Positions 29,674 to 38,803 of a DNA stretch of 64,000 nucleotides are shown here, one piece after another. The stretch is from an uncultured Actinomycetes bacterium (lineage in GTDB: Bacteria > Actinomycetota > Thermoleophilia > UBA2241). Numbering within the stretch: position 1 is the first letter of the stretch; each line of letters begins with the position of its first letter. Both the position numbers and the translations under genes were made by a program. The stretch lies in assembly GCA_963755025.1 (NCBI GenBank), contig CAVWIH010000033.1, positions 32,001 through 96,000 of the forward strand, written 5' to 3'. The notes under the pieces are model-generated. The model had not been told where the DNA came from. It was given only the letters and a program-made list of their open reading frames with translations, and ran no database searches.

Positions 29674-32094
29674 GTGAGCGGCGACGATCCCCAGGGCCGC
29701 CTGTCGGGCGAGGACGGCTCGGGCGCAGGCTCGGTGGCAGACGACGCCGCGAGCGCGGCGTCGGCCGCCGGCGAGCCGCGGTCGGCGGCCGCCGAGCTGC
29801 TGCTCGGCGGCCTGAACGAGCCGCAGCGCGAGGCCGTGACCCACTTCGAGGGGCCGCTGCTCATCCTCGCCGGCGCCGGCTCAGGCAAGACGCGCGTGCT
29901 CGCCCACCGCGTGGCCTACCTCATCCGCGTGCGCCGCGTGCGCCCCGACGAGGTGCTGGCCATCACCTTCACCAACAAGGCCGCCGCCGAGATGCGCGGC
30001 CGCATCGGCGCGCTGGTCGGTCCCATGGCGCGCGTCATGTGGATCTCGACCTTCCACTCGATGTGCGCCCGCATACTGCGCCGCGAGGCCGAGCGCCTGG
30101 GCTACAAATCGACCTTCTCGATCTACGACGCCGACGACGCCAAGCGCCTCGTCAAGCGCTGCCTCGCCGAGCTCGACTTAGACGACAAGCGCTTCACCCC
30201 CGACGCGCTGGCGCGCGCCATCTCCGACGCCAAGAACCGCCTGCAGGACCCTGCCGCCTTTCGCGAGATCACCGGCGGCTTCTTTCAGCGCGCCGCCGCC
30301 GACGTGTATGAGCTCTACGAGAAGAAGCTCATGGAGATGAGCGCCATGGACTTCGACGACCTGCTCATGAAGACGGTCAACCTGCTCGAGATCTATCCCG
30401 ACCGCCTGCAGCACTACCAGCGCACCTTCCGCTTCGTCATGGTCGACGAATACCAGGACACCAACCACGCCCAGTACCGCATCGCCAACCTGCTGGCCGG
30501 CGCCTCGGGCAACCTCGCCGTGGTGGGCGACGACGACCAGTCGATCTACTCGTGGCGCGGCGCCGACATTCGCAACATCCTCGAGTTCGAGCGCGATCAC
30601 CCCGACGCCAAGGTGATCCGCCTCGAGCAGAACTACCGCTCCACGACACGCATCCTCGACGTGGCCAACGCCGTGGTCTCGAACAACCGGCGGCGCAAGG
30701 GCAAGAACCTGTGGACGGCGCGCGGCACGGGCCGGCCGGCCCACGTCGTCGAGGTCGCCGACGAGCACGCCGAGGCGCGCTACATCGCCAGCGAGGTGCG
30801 CAAGCTCCTGGACGAGGGCGCGGTGAGCGAGGGCTCGGCGCAGGTCGGCCCGCTCGCGCCGCACGACATCGCCGTGCTCTACCGCACCAACGCCCAGTCG
30901 CGCGTGCTCGAGGAGGAGTTCGGACGCTACGCCATCGCCTACCAGGTCGTCGGCGGCACGCGCTTCTACGAGCGCGCCGAGGTCAAAGACGCGCTCGCCT
31001 ACCTGGCCATCGTCAACAACCCGGCCGACGAGCAGCGTCTGCTGCGCATCGTGAACACGCCGCGCCGCGGCCTGGGACCGACCGCCATCGGACGGCTGCA
31101 GACCGAGGCGCAGAGCCTGGGCGAGCCGCTGTGGAACGTGATCGAGCGCGCTGGCGACCTGCCCGGCCTGACCGCCGCGGCGGCCTCGTCGCTCACCCGC
31201 TTCGCCGCCGTGGTCGACACCTGGCGGGCCGAGGCGCCGACCATGACGTCGGTGGCCGCGCTCGTGCGCCGCGTGCTCGACGAGAGCGGCTACTCGGCCA
31301 TGCTCCAGGCTCAGGACACGCTCGAGTCGGAGGGTCGCATAGAGAACCTCGAGGAGCTCGTCGGTGTGGCCGCCGAATACGACCAGCGCGCCGAGAACCC
31401 GACCCTCGACGGCTTTTTGCAGGAGATCTCGCTCTACTCCGACATCGACACCATGGCCGACACGAGCGAGCTCATCACCTTCATGACGCTGCACAACGCC
31501 AAAGGGCTCGAGTTTCCGGTCGTCTTCATCACCGGCCTCGAAGAGGGCGTGTTCCCCCACCAGCGCTCGCTCGACGATCAGAACCTAGAAGAGGAGCGCC
31601 GCCTGGCGTACGTGGGCATCACGCGCGCCATGGACCGCCTCTACCTGCTCCACGCCCGCCAGCGCAACCTGTGGGGCGGCAGCCTGTACGGGCTGCCCTC
31701 GCGCTTCTTGACCGAGATCCCGGCCGACCTGGTCGAGGTCACGCGGGTCGCGGGGCCCTCGTATGGCGGCGGCGCCTGGCAGGGCGGCGGCCAGGGGGGC
31801 GGGCGCGGCGGCGGCCGGCGCGACTGGGACGACCGCTCGAACTGGCGCGAGCGCGACGACGACGTGCCGCTCGGTGGGGCCGGACCGCGCATCACCGGCC
31901 TTGAGAAGAAGGAGGGCGAGGCGACGGTCGAGTTGTTCTTCGCCCCGGGCGATCGCGTGCTGCACGCCACCCTGGGCGAGGGCACGGTGACGGCCGCCGA
32001 GCAGAGCGGCATCATCGTGGTGCGCTTTGAGAACGACGGCTCGGAGCGGCGCCTGATGGCGACGATCGCGCCGCTGCGCAAGCTCAGGGCGTAG
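29674..32094 (+). CDS. pcrA: PcrA/UvrD SF1 helicase
   Basis: AGAGSGKT, VDEYQD, GDDDQSIY, EQNYRS, EERRLAYVGITRA, C-terminal Tudor-like domain. Confidence 0.97.
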   Translation: MSGDDPQGRLSGEDGSGAGSVADDAASAASAAGEPRSAAAELLLGGLNEPQREAVTHFEGPLLILAGAGSGKTRVLAHRVAYLIRVRRVRPDEVLAITFTNKAAAEMRGRIGALVGPMARVMWISTFHSMCARILRREAERLGYKSTFSIYDADDAKRLVKRCLAELDLDDKRFTPDALARAISDAKNRLQDPAAFREITGGFFQRAAADVYELYEKKLMEMSAMDFDDLLMKTVNLLEIYPDRLQHYQRTFRFVMVDEYQDTNHAQYRIANLLAGASGNLAVVGDDDQSIYSWRGADIRNILEFERDHPDAKVIRLEQNYRSTTRILDVANAVVSNNRRRKGKNLWTARGTGRPAHVVEVADEHAEARYIASEVRKLLDEGAVSEGSAQVGPLAPHDIAVLYRTNAQSRVLEEEFGRYAIAYQVVGGTRFYERAEVKDALAYLAIVNNPADEQRLLRIVNTPRRGLGPTAIGRLQTEAQSLGEPLWNVIERAGDLPGLTAAAASSLTRFAAVVDTWRAEAPTMTSVAALVRRVLDESGYSAMLQAQDTLESEGRIENLEELVGVAAEYDQRAENPTLDGFLQEISLYSDIDTMADTSELITFMTLHNAKGLEFPVVFITGLEEGVFPHQRSLDDQNLEEERRLAYVGITRAMDRLYLLHARQRNLWGGSLYGLPSRFLTEIPADLVEVTRVAGPSYGGGAWQGGGQGGGRGGGRRDWDDRSNWRERDDDVPLGGAGPRITGLEKKEGEATVELFFAPGDRVLHATLGEGTVTAAEQSGIIVVRFENDGSERRLMATIAPLRKLRA

Positions 32095-32095
32095 C

Positions 32096-32644
32096 TCAGG
32101 GCCCAGTGCCGCTCTCGTAGACGAGCCACCTGTCGCCGACGCGGCGCAGGGTCATGAAGACCGTCGTGCGCCCGGCGCTCCAGGGCGACGACGCGCTGGG
32201 CGTGATGTCGACGGTCATGTCGAACTCGATGGTGGCCCCCGCGGGCGGCGCCGGGTCGGCCGTGGCGCCGCCCGACACCACCTTGACTCGCTTGATGCCC
32301 CAGAAGGCGGCGCCGTTGCCCGCACGCAGGGCGGCGGCGGCCGGGGAGTCGGGGGTGACGAGACGGAGAAGGGCGGCGTTGCGCCCGGCGTCGATCAGCC
32401 GCCAGTAGCGCGTGGCGGCCTGGAGGGCCGCCGCCGGCACCGGGCCATCGGTGATGGTGGCGCTGGGCGCGGGCGTCGCGCCGCCGCCGCCGGCCGAGGC
32501 TGCCGGTTTGGGTGAGGCGGCGCCGGGCGCGGACGACTGGCCGCCGGCCGGCGAGGAGACCGACGCGGCGGCGCAGCCGCCGCTCAACGCGGCGACGGCG
32601 ACGCAGCCGAGCAAGGCTGTGGCGAGCTGACTGCGGTGGGTCAC
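32096..32644 (-). CDS. Putative lipoprotein with NTF2-like (DUF4829-like) domain
   Basis: Lipobox-like ALSGGC; C-terminal TTVFMTLRR..WLVYESGTGP; GTG preceded by ggagg. Confidence 0.6.
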   Translation of the reverse strand: MTHRSQLATALLGCVAVAALSGGCAAASVSSPAGGQSSAPGAASPKPAASAGGGGATPAPSATITDGPVPAAALQAATRYWRLIDAGRNAALLRLVTPDSPAAAALRAGNGAAFWGIKRVKVVSGGATADPAPPAGATIEFDMTVDITPSASSPWSAGRTTVFMTLRRVGDRWLVYESGTGP

Positions 32645-32959
32645 GTGCTCCTCCGGACGTGGGCGAGCAAGCGGCCCAAGCTCATCACGGGCGTATCGGC
32701 TTGTAAAGGGTGACGTTCGACCGTCGCCACACGGCGTTCGAGGCCCGTCTGGGCCGGCACGCAGCGTCTCCGTGGAGCCCGCCGCGACGTCGCCGAGAGC
32801 CCGCCGCGGCCGGTCCGCGACGCCGTCGCGGCGGGCCGCGGTCGGTCCGTGACGGCGCCGCGAGCCGGCCGCGGCCCCGCCGTGCTCACCCCGGCGCAGC
32901 TGTGCGATTGTGTAAGGTATAGGACGGGGTATCACGGAAGTGGGAGCGGCTCCGTCTTA

Positions 32960-33007
32960 AACGAAAGAAAACGCACGATTGACCACACAATCGCGCAGGT
33001 CTACAAT
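32960..33007 (+). promoter_or_regulatory. Near-consensus sigma70 promoter with A-rich upstream element
   Basis: TTGACC(32979)-N17-TACAAT(33002), preceded by aaacgaaagaaaa. Confidence 0.8.
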
Positions 33008-33012
33008 GGGTC

Positions 33013-33330
33013 TTGTTCAGCACGCTTGGCGTCGCGCCCGTTGTAGCTCGAGGGGCGCTCGAGTGTGCGGGGAGCGGGCGCGAGTGGGTTGTCCTCGTGC
33101 GATGCGGAAGGTCCGCGGGCTTGAGCGAGCAGGAAGTCGACGCGTCCGCCGCCCCACGAACCTCGGCCCGTAACGGCCGAGAGAACGCGCACAGCAGAAC
33201 GCCGACTTTAAGGAGTCCGCGGCAAGACTCGCCCTCCCCCCGGGCGAGCCGAGCCCCCCTCGGGCCGCGGATGTAAACGAGGGTCGGGGCCGGAGGCAGT
33301 CTCTCTGCCGTCCGCCTCGGCCCTCGTTTG
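33013..33330 (+). ncRNA. Candidate ~315-nt structured RNA containing a 6C-like double C-loop module
   Basis: Several nested helices; two hairpins with C6 runs at 33228-33263; flanked by a promoter and a terminal hairpin; no credible ORF. Confidence 0.7.
33275..33329 (+). terminator. Long terminal hairpin
   Basis: aaacgaggg..ggcag tctct ctgcc..ccctcgttt. Confidence 0.65.
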
Positions 33331-33448
33331 AGTCTCTGGCCCCCTTCGTTTGCCGGCCCGTCCGACCGCGACAACGGGCGTCGCGCCTGCGGTAGAGTTG
33401 CGCCTTGGGCCTGCGCGGCCCACCGACGCCCACAAGGAGGGTCCGCTC

Positions 33449-34225
33449 ATGGCTGTAGAGGTCACACGCGACGGCGCCGTCGCCGTCGTTACGATCAGCC
33501 GTCCCGACGTGCTGAACGCCCTGAACAAGGCGACCGACAAGGAGTTGCTCGCGGTCGCCCACGAGCTCACCCGCGACGACACGGTGCGCGCGGTCGTGCT
33601 CACCGGGGCCGGCGACAAGGCCTTCGTGGCCGGCGCCGACATCGCCGAGTTTCGCGACATGACTCCCGAGGAGGCGCGTCAGCTGTCGTGGCTGGGGCGC
33701 AGGGTCGTGGCCGCCATCGAGGGCGCCCCGCAGCCCTGGATCGCCGCCATCAACGGCTTCGCCCTGGGCGGTGGCTGCGAGCTCGCCCTGGGCTGCGACA
33801 TCCGCCTGGCCGCCGACACGGCGCGCTTTGGCCAGCCCGAGGTCAACCTGGGCATCACCCCGGGCTACGGCGGCACCCAGCGCCTGCCGCGCGAGGTCGG
33901 CAACGGCTGGGCGAGCTACCTCTGCCTGAGCGGCCGCATGATCGATGCGACCCAGGCTGCGGCGATCGGGCTGGTGCAGGCGGTCTTCCCGGCCGCGGAG
34001 CTCATGGCCGAGGCCCTCAAGCTCGCCGGCGAGATCGCCGCCAAGCCGCCGATCGCGGTGCGCTACATCAAGACGCAGATCCACCACGCGTTGAACGTCG
34101 ACATCGAGTCCGGTCACGAGATCGAGCGCGACCTGTTCGCGCTCACCTTCGCCACCGCCGACCGCATCGAGGGCACCGAGGCCTTCCTCGAGAAGCGCAA
34201 GCCGCGGGGCTACGAGGGCAGGTAG
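33449..34225 (+). CDS. Enoyl-CoA hydratase (crotonase)
   Basis: AFVAGADI, NGFALGGGCEL, FGQPEVNLG, GGTQRL. Confidence 0.95.
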   Translation: MAVEVTRDGAVAVVTISRPDVLNALNKATDKELLAVAHELTRDDTVRAVVLTGAGDKAFVAGADIAEFRDMTPEEARQLSWLGRRVVAAIEGAPQPWIAAINGFALGGGCELALGCDIRLAADTARFGQPEVNLGITPGYGGTQRLPREVGNGWASYLCLSGRMIDATQAAAIGLVQAVFPAAELMAEALKLAGEIAAKPPIAVRYIKTQIHHALNVDIESGHEIERDLFALTFATADRIEGTEAFLEKRKPRGYEGR

Positions 34226-34261
34226 CGCGCGGCGGTACCGTACGGCGGGGAAGAGGGTGCC

Positions 34262-34606
34262 ATGCGCATCTGGGATCTCGACCCGGCCTGTCTGTGCCGC
34301 GCTCACATGCTCGGCGAGCACCGCGAGCTGCACGCCGTGTGGAGCATCCTGACCAAAAACAAGCGCGGCTACCGCGCGCACCCCGAGACCAGGCGCTGGG
34401 AAGGCAAGCTGGCGGCGCTGTACGGCCGCCACGAGGCGCTCGTCGCCGAGATGACCCGGCGCGGCTACCGCCACGCCTCGCCGCTCGACCCGGCGCTGGC
34501 CACCGGCGCCGCTGTACAGGACGTCTACGTCGACACGCCGGCGCGCCAGCGTGAGTTGCTGCGCGCCAAGGGGTGCGGCTGCCGTGTGGGGCGGCCGAGA
34601 CCTTAG
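34262..34606 (+). CDS. Pyrimidine-dimer glycosylase/T4 endonuclease V-like protein
   Basis: MRIW..P..LCRAHMLGEHRELH, HPET.RW, EM..RGY.H. Confidence 0.82.
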   Translation: MRIWDLDPACLCRAHMLGEHRELHAVWSILTKNKRGYRAHPETRRWEGKLAALYGRHEALVAEMTRRGYRHASPLDPALATGAAVQDVYVDTPARQRELLRAKGCGCRVGRPRP

Positions 34607-35526
34607 GTCTGGGTCGCCTCGAGCAGCGCGGTGAGCACTTCGAAGACGCCGGGCGTGGCCGCCACCCAGACGTCGGCGTCGTCTTTGACCTTGCGCGGCG
34701 TCTCGGGGGTGAGCGCGGCGACGGCGAGCGCGGTGCCGCCGCCCGCCCGCGCCCACTCGTGGACGGCGGCGAAGCCGGTGCAGTCGGTGAGGTCGTCGCC
34801 CAAAAAGATGGCCGTCTGGTACGGTCCGCCGCTCTCGTCGCCGCCCCCGGCGCTCTCGTTGCCGCCCCCGGCGCCGTCGTCGCCGCCGACTCCGGGCCCG
34901 GCCCCGGGGCCAGGCCCGGAGCGCAGGAGGCTCAGCACCGCCGTGCCCTTGTCGATCGCCACGGGCGGGCGCAGCTCGACCAGGAAGTGGCCGGTCGCCA
35001 CCGCCAGGCCAAGATCGCGCGCCGGCCGCAGCACCTCGGTCTCGAGCTCGGCCAGGGTCGCGTGGGGGTCGGCGGCCTGGCGGTAGTGCAGGTCGAGCAT
35101 GGGCCCCTTGTTCTCGACGACAAGGCCGAGTCGCGCCGCGTCGAGGCCGCGCACGCGGCGCGCCATGCGCTGCACCGCCTCGACGTAGGGCTCGGCGGCG
35201 GGGTCGCGCGAGACGGCGCCGTCGGGCGCCATGCGGTCGAAGCCGTGCAGGCCGACGTACGCCACGCCCTGGAGGCCCACCATGGCGGCGGCCTGGCGCA
35301 CGTCGCGGCCGGTGACGAAGGCCAGCAGGCCCAGGCGCGGCGCGAGCGCAGCGAGCGCCGCGCGAAACGGCTCGGGCACCACGGCCTGGTAGGGGTCGGA
35401 GACGATCGGGGAGACGGTGCCGTCGATGTCGCAGAACAGCGCGGTGGCCCGCGGCGCGGCCGCCACGGCGCGCAGCGTGGCGGCGAGGGCGTCGGCGCCG
35501 CGCAGGATCGGCTGGGGTTCGTCCAT
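34603..35526 (-). CDS. otsB: Trehalose-6-phosphate phosphatase (HAD)
   Basis: DIDGT, VTGR, GLHG, LHYR, ELRP..DKG, GDDLTD. Confidence 0.9.
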   Translation of the reverse strand: MDEPQPILRGADALAATLRAVAAAPRATALFCDIDGTVSPIVSDPYQAVVPEPFRAALAALAPRLGLLAFVTGRDVRQAAAMVGLQGVAYVGLHGFDRMAPDGAVSRDPAAEPYVEAVQRMARRVRGLDAARLGLVVENKGPMLDLHYRQAADPHATLAELETEVLRPARDLGLAVATGHFLVELRPPVAIDKGTAVLSLLRSGPGPGAGPGVGGDDGAGGGNESAGGGDESGGPYQTAIFLGDDLTDCTGFAAVHEWARAGGGTALAVAALTPETPRKVKDDADVWVAATPGVFEVLTALLEATQT

Positions 35527-35658
35527 AGCGTCGTTCAGCCTACCCGAAACGCCGCCGCGCGCGGCAGCCTCGCCGGCGCACGGTCAGGCCCAAGATTGTC
35601 ATGCCTTTCGGCCTTGGAGTAAGGTTGCCGAGTCGACGGCGAGTGGTCGGGGGATGAG

Positions 35659-36417
35659 ATGGCAGACACATCGGGGTCCGACGCCAACAAGCAGGCTGCG
35701 TCGGGCTCGGGCCGGCAAGCAGACGAGCGGGCTGAACGCAACCTGCCCGCCCAGGGCGCCGACCCCTATCTCAAATCGATGCTGCTCGGCCTGATCGAGG
35801 ACAGCTACCTGCACACCGGCAGCTTCACCCAGTTCGCCGCCGAGATCCTGCAGGTCATCGTGTACGCGGCCACCGTGCCGGTCGCCTTCACCGAGGGCTT
35901 CCTGCGCGCCTACCTGTCGATCGACCGCATCGAAGAGACCGCCGAGGGCCAGATCAAGATCACGCCCAAGGTGGGGGCCAGCGAAGAGGACTGGATCAGG
36001 GACGTCGACGCGATCACGGCGCAGGTCGACCCCAGCGCGGTGTTCAACCCGGTGGTGCGCTCCAAGCTCACCGCCGTGCACGACGCCTCGAGCAAGGTCA
36101 TGAAGTACGACCTGAACACGCTCACCTCCATGGACGATTCGCAGCTCATGGACGTCCTGCGCCAGATGCAGGCCGAGTCCGAGAAGCTCGAGGAGCGCGA
36201 GGAACCGGCGAGCACCGCCGATTCGTCGCGCGACTACATTCGCGCGCGGCTGAACACCATCCGCAAGAACGTGCGCGCCTTCCAGGCCCAGCAGCAGGCG
36301 GCGGCGGCGCCCGAGGCGCCGCAGGCGCCGCAGGCGCCTGCGGCGACCGACGAGAGTGACGACGACGACGGCCTGAGCGCGCTCGACGACCTGTCCGACG
36401 ACTCCCCGTTCGCCTGA
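35659..36417 (+). CDS. Hypothetical cytoplasmic protein with acidic tail
   Basis: Typical codon usage; upstream TTGTCA-N18-TAAGGT; ends DDLSDDSPFA. Confidence 0.7.
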   Translation: MADTSGSDANKQAASGSGRQADERAERNLPAQGADPYLKSMLLGLIEDSYLHTGSFTQFAAEILQVIVYAATVPVAFTEGFLRAYLSIDRIEETAEGQIKITPKVGASEEDWIRDVDAITAQVDPSAVFNPVVRSKLTAVHDASSKVMKYDLNTLTSMDDSQLMDVLRQMQAESEKLEEREEPASTADSSRDYIRARLNTIRKNVRAFQAQQQAAAAPEAPQAPQAPAATDESDDDDGLSALDDLSDDSPFA

Positions 36418-36489
36418 GGGCGGCGTCGCGGTCGGGCGGAGCGCCGGCGGCAGGACTTCGCCGCCGGCCGGGCAATCAGTCAGGGTGAG

Positions 36490-37404
36490 ATGACGAACTT
36501 CTCAGACAGACTCGCCGACAGCATCGTGAGCAGGCGCAGCGTGGTGTGCGTGGGCATCGACCCCGACCTCGCCAAGCTGCCCGACGACCTGCGCGCCTCG
36601 TATGCCGCGCGGGTCGGCGAGCTGGGCGACGCCGGCGCCGTGGCGGCCTGCTTCGCCGAGTTCGCGAGCGGCCTGATCGACGCCGTCGCCGACGTGGCCG
36701 CCGTGATCAAGCCCCAGGCCGCCTTCTTCGAGCAGTACGGCGCCCCCGGCTGGGATGCGCTGCGGCGCGTCGTGGCCTGCGCCCACGAGCACGACCTGCC
36801 GGTCATCCTCGACGCCAAGCGCGGCGACATAGGCTCCACGTCGGCCGCCTACGCCGCCGCGGTGTTCGGCGGCGCGCCCGGCCTCGCCGGCGCGTCGCTG
36901 CCCGGCCTCGCGGCCGACGCGGTCACCGTCAATCCGTACCTCGGCGACGACGCCCTGGCGCCGTTCCTCGAGCGCTGCGACCAGGGCAAGGGCGTGTTCG
37001 TGCTGGCCCGCACCAGCAACCCGGGCGCGGCGAGCCTGCAGGAGCACGACAGCGACGGCCGACCCCTGTACCTGCACGTCACCGACATGATCGCCCGCCT
37101 CGGCGCGGCGCACGTGGGCGCGCACGGGTACAGCGACGTGGGAGCGGTGGCCGGCGCCACCGCTCCCACGTCGCTCGCCGCCGTGCGCGCCGCCCTGCCG
37201 CACGCCTTTCTGCTGGTGCCCGGCTTCGGCGCCCAGGGCGCCGGCCCCGAGGCGCTCGCGGGCCTTGCGTCGGGCGACGCGCGGGGCTACGTGGTCAACG
37301 CATCACGATCCATCATCTACGCCTGGCGGGAACGCGGCGGCGACTACCGGAGCGCCGCTGCCGCCGCGGCTGCCGAGATGCGCGACGCGATCGGGGGCTT
37401 CTGA
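36490..37404 (+). CDS. pyrF: Orotidine-5'-phosphate decarboxylase
   Basis: CVGIDP, KPQAAFFE, DAKRGDIGST, RTSNPG, VPGFGAQG, NASRSI. Confidence 0.96.
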   Translation: MTNFSDRLADSIVSRRSVVCVGIDPDLAKLPDDLRASYAARVGELGDAGAVAACFAEFASGLIDAVADVAAVIKPQAAFFEQYGAPGWDALRRVVACAHEHDLPVILDAKRGDIGSTSAAYAAAVFGGAPGLAGASLPGLAADAVTVNPYLGDDALAPFLERCDQGKGVFVLARTSNPGAASLQEHDSDGRPLYLHVTDMIARLGAAHVGAHGYSDVGAVAGATAPTSLAAVRAALPHAFLLVPGFGAQGAGPEALAGLASGDARGYVVNASRSIIYAWRERGGDYRSAAAAAAAEMRDAIGGF

Positions 37405-38078
37405 TGGACGACGACAAGACTCGGCGCAGCCTGCCCGGCGACGATCCCGGGGCGACCGGCCCGCTCTGGCCGCCCGTCGACGACGACCTGCTCGACTCCG
37501 ACGAAGAGCTCGCCCGTACGCGCGGCGCCCGCTCCGGTCGGCGCGGCGCGGCCGGGTCTGGCGCCGATCGTCCCGGCAGCGCGCCCGACCTCGACTCGAC
37601 GGTCGTGCTGCCCCAGGGCGGGCCGGGCCGCCGTCAGGGCGCCGACCCCACGAGAGTCGCCGCCGACGGCGCCCGCGACTGGCTCGACGCGCCGCTGCCG
37701 GCGGCCGCCGCGCCGGCGCGCGTGCGCGCCGGACGGCCGCGCTCGCGCCGCTCCGGCCTGTCGTGGCCGCGCATCGTCGCCCCGGTCGTGCTGCTGGCGG
37801 CGATCATCACGGTGGTCACGCTGGGCGTGAACTCAGGCGTGCTCGGCCATAAGGCGACGCCGGCGCCCAGCCACCCGCTCACCTCGAGCTCGACGTCGTC
37901 GTCGCACGTCAAGGGCAAGTCGAAGTACGTGTACTACCGCGTCAAGCAGGGCGACAGCATGTCGACGATCGCCGCCAAGTACAACATCACGCTCGGCGCG
38001 CTGCTGGCCCTCAACCCCAAAGCCAGCACGAGCACGCTCTCGATCGGCCAGAAGCTGAAGGTGCCGAGACTGAAGTAG
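37404..38078 (+). CDS. Single-pass membrane protein with C-terminal LysM
   Basis: TM segment, then YRVKQGDSMSTIAAKYNIT..LNP..LSIGQKLKVP. Confidence 0.88.
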   Translation: MDDDKTRRSLPGDDPGATGPLWPPVDDDLLDSDEELARTRGARSGRRGAAGSGADRPGSAPDLDSTVVLPQGGPGRRQGADPTRVAADGARDWLDAPLPAAAAPARVRAGRPRSRRSGLSWPRIVAPVVLLAAIITVVTLGVNSGVLGHKATPAPSHPLTSSSTSSSHVKGKSKYVYYRVKQGDSMSTIAAKYNITLGALLALNPKASTSTLSIGQKLKVPRLK

Positions 38079-38264
38079 GTCCCGCACGGCGCGGCCGCCT
38101 CGGCCGCACGGCTCATCCCCGGCGCCGTTGGCATGTCCGGGCGGCCTCGTGCTCCTGGGAGCCCGACGCCGCCGCGCGCCGCCCCCTGTCACCCCGTCCG
38201 ACCGCTACGCGCGGCCTCTTTGTCGCCCCCCGTCCGACCGCCACCCGCCGCGCTTTGGAGCGCC

Positions 38265-38350
38265 GTGGGAGACCGTGGGAAAAAGATGTTGCGCGGTGGG
38301 GAGGATTATCGGAAAAGTGTTGCATGGTGGGGAGGAGTGGGGTAGAGTGG
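38265..38350 (+). promoter_or_regulatory. dcw promoter with MraZ-binding GTGG(G) repeats
   Basis: GTGG at 38265, 38275, 38296, 38327, 38337 and 38347 (10-bp phasing); TTGCAT(38320)-N17-TAGAGT(38343). Confidence 0.82.
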
Positions 38351-38355
38351 CGACC

Positions 38356-38796
38356 ATGCAGCGCTCGGTGCTTTTGGGGGAATTCGATTTCACGCTCGAC
38401 GCCAAGAATCGCGTCGCGATCCCCGCACGCCTGCGGGCCGCCTTTGCCGAAGGCGTCTTTCTCACCCGGGGCTTCGATCGCTGCCTGGCCGCCTATCCGC
38501 CCGAACAGTGGGACGCCTTCGTCGCCGAGCAGACCCAAGACCTGCCGGCGATGAGCGAGAAGGGCAGAGAGGTCAGGCGCTTCATCTTCGCCGCGGGCAC
38601 CAGCGACGTGCTCGACCGTCAGGGGCGCATCACAGTCCCGGCGAACCTGCTTTCGTTCGCCGCGGTCTCGAAAGAGGTCACCATCATCGGCGCCGGTGAC
38701 CACATCGAGATCTGGGACCGTGAGGCGTGGGCGAAGTATCGCAAGCAGATGGAGGAGGGGGCCGATGCTGCCGCAGACCAACTTTCACGTCAGTGA
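38356..38796 (+). CDS. mraZ: MraZ regulator
   Basis: LDAKNRVAIPA, LDRQGRI, GAGDHIEIWD. Confidence 0.95.
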   Translation: MQRSVLLGEFDFTLDAKNRVAIPARLRAAFAEGVFLTRGFDRCLAAYPPEQWDAFVAEQTQDLPAMSEKGREVRRFIFAAGTSDVLDRQGRITVPANLLSFAAVSKEVTIIGAGDHIEIWDREAWAKYRKQMEEGADAAADQLSRQ

Positions 38797-38803
38797 GTAC
38801 GAG

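Noticed and set aside
33013-33330. tmRNA or a small ORF (32979..33173)
   Set aside because: No tRNA-like ends or tag reading frame; the ORF starts overlap promoter hexamers and lack an RBS
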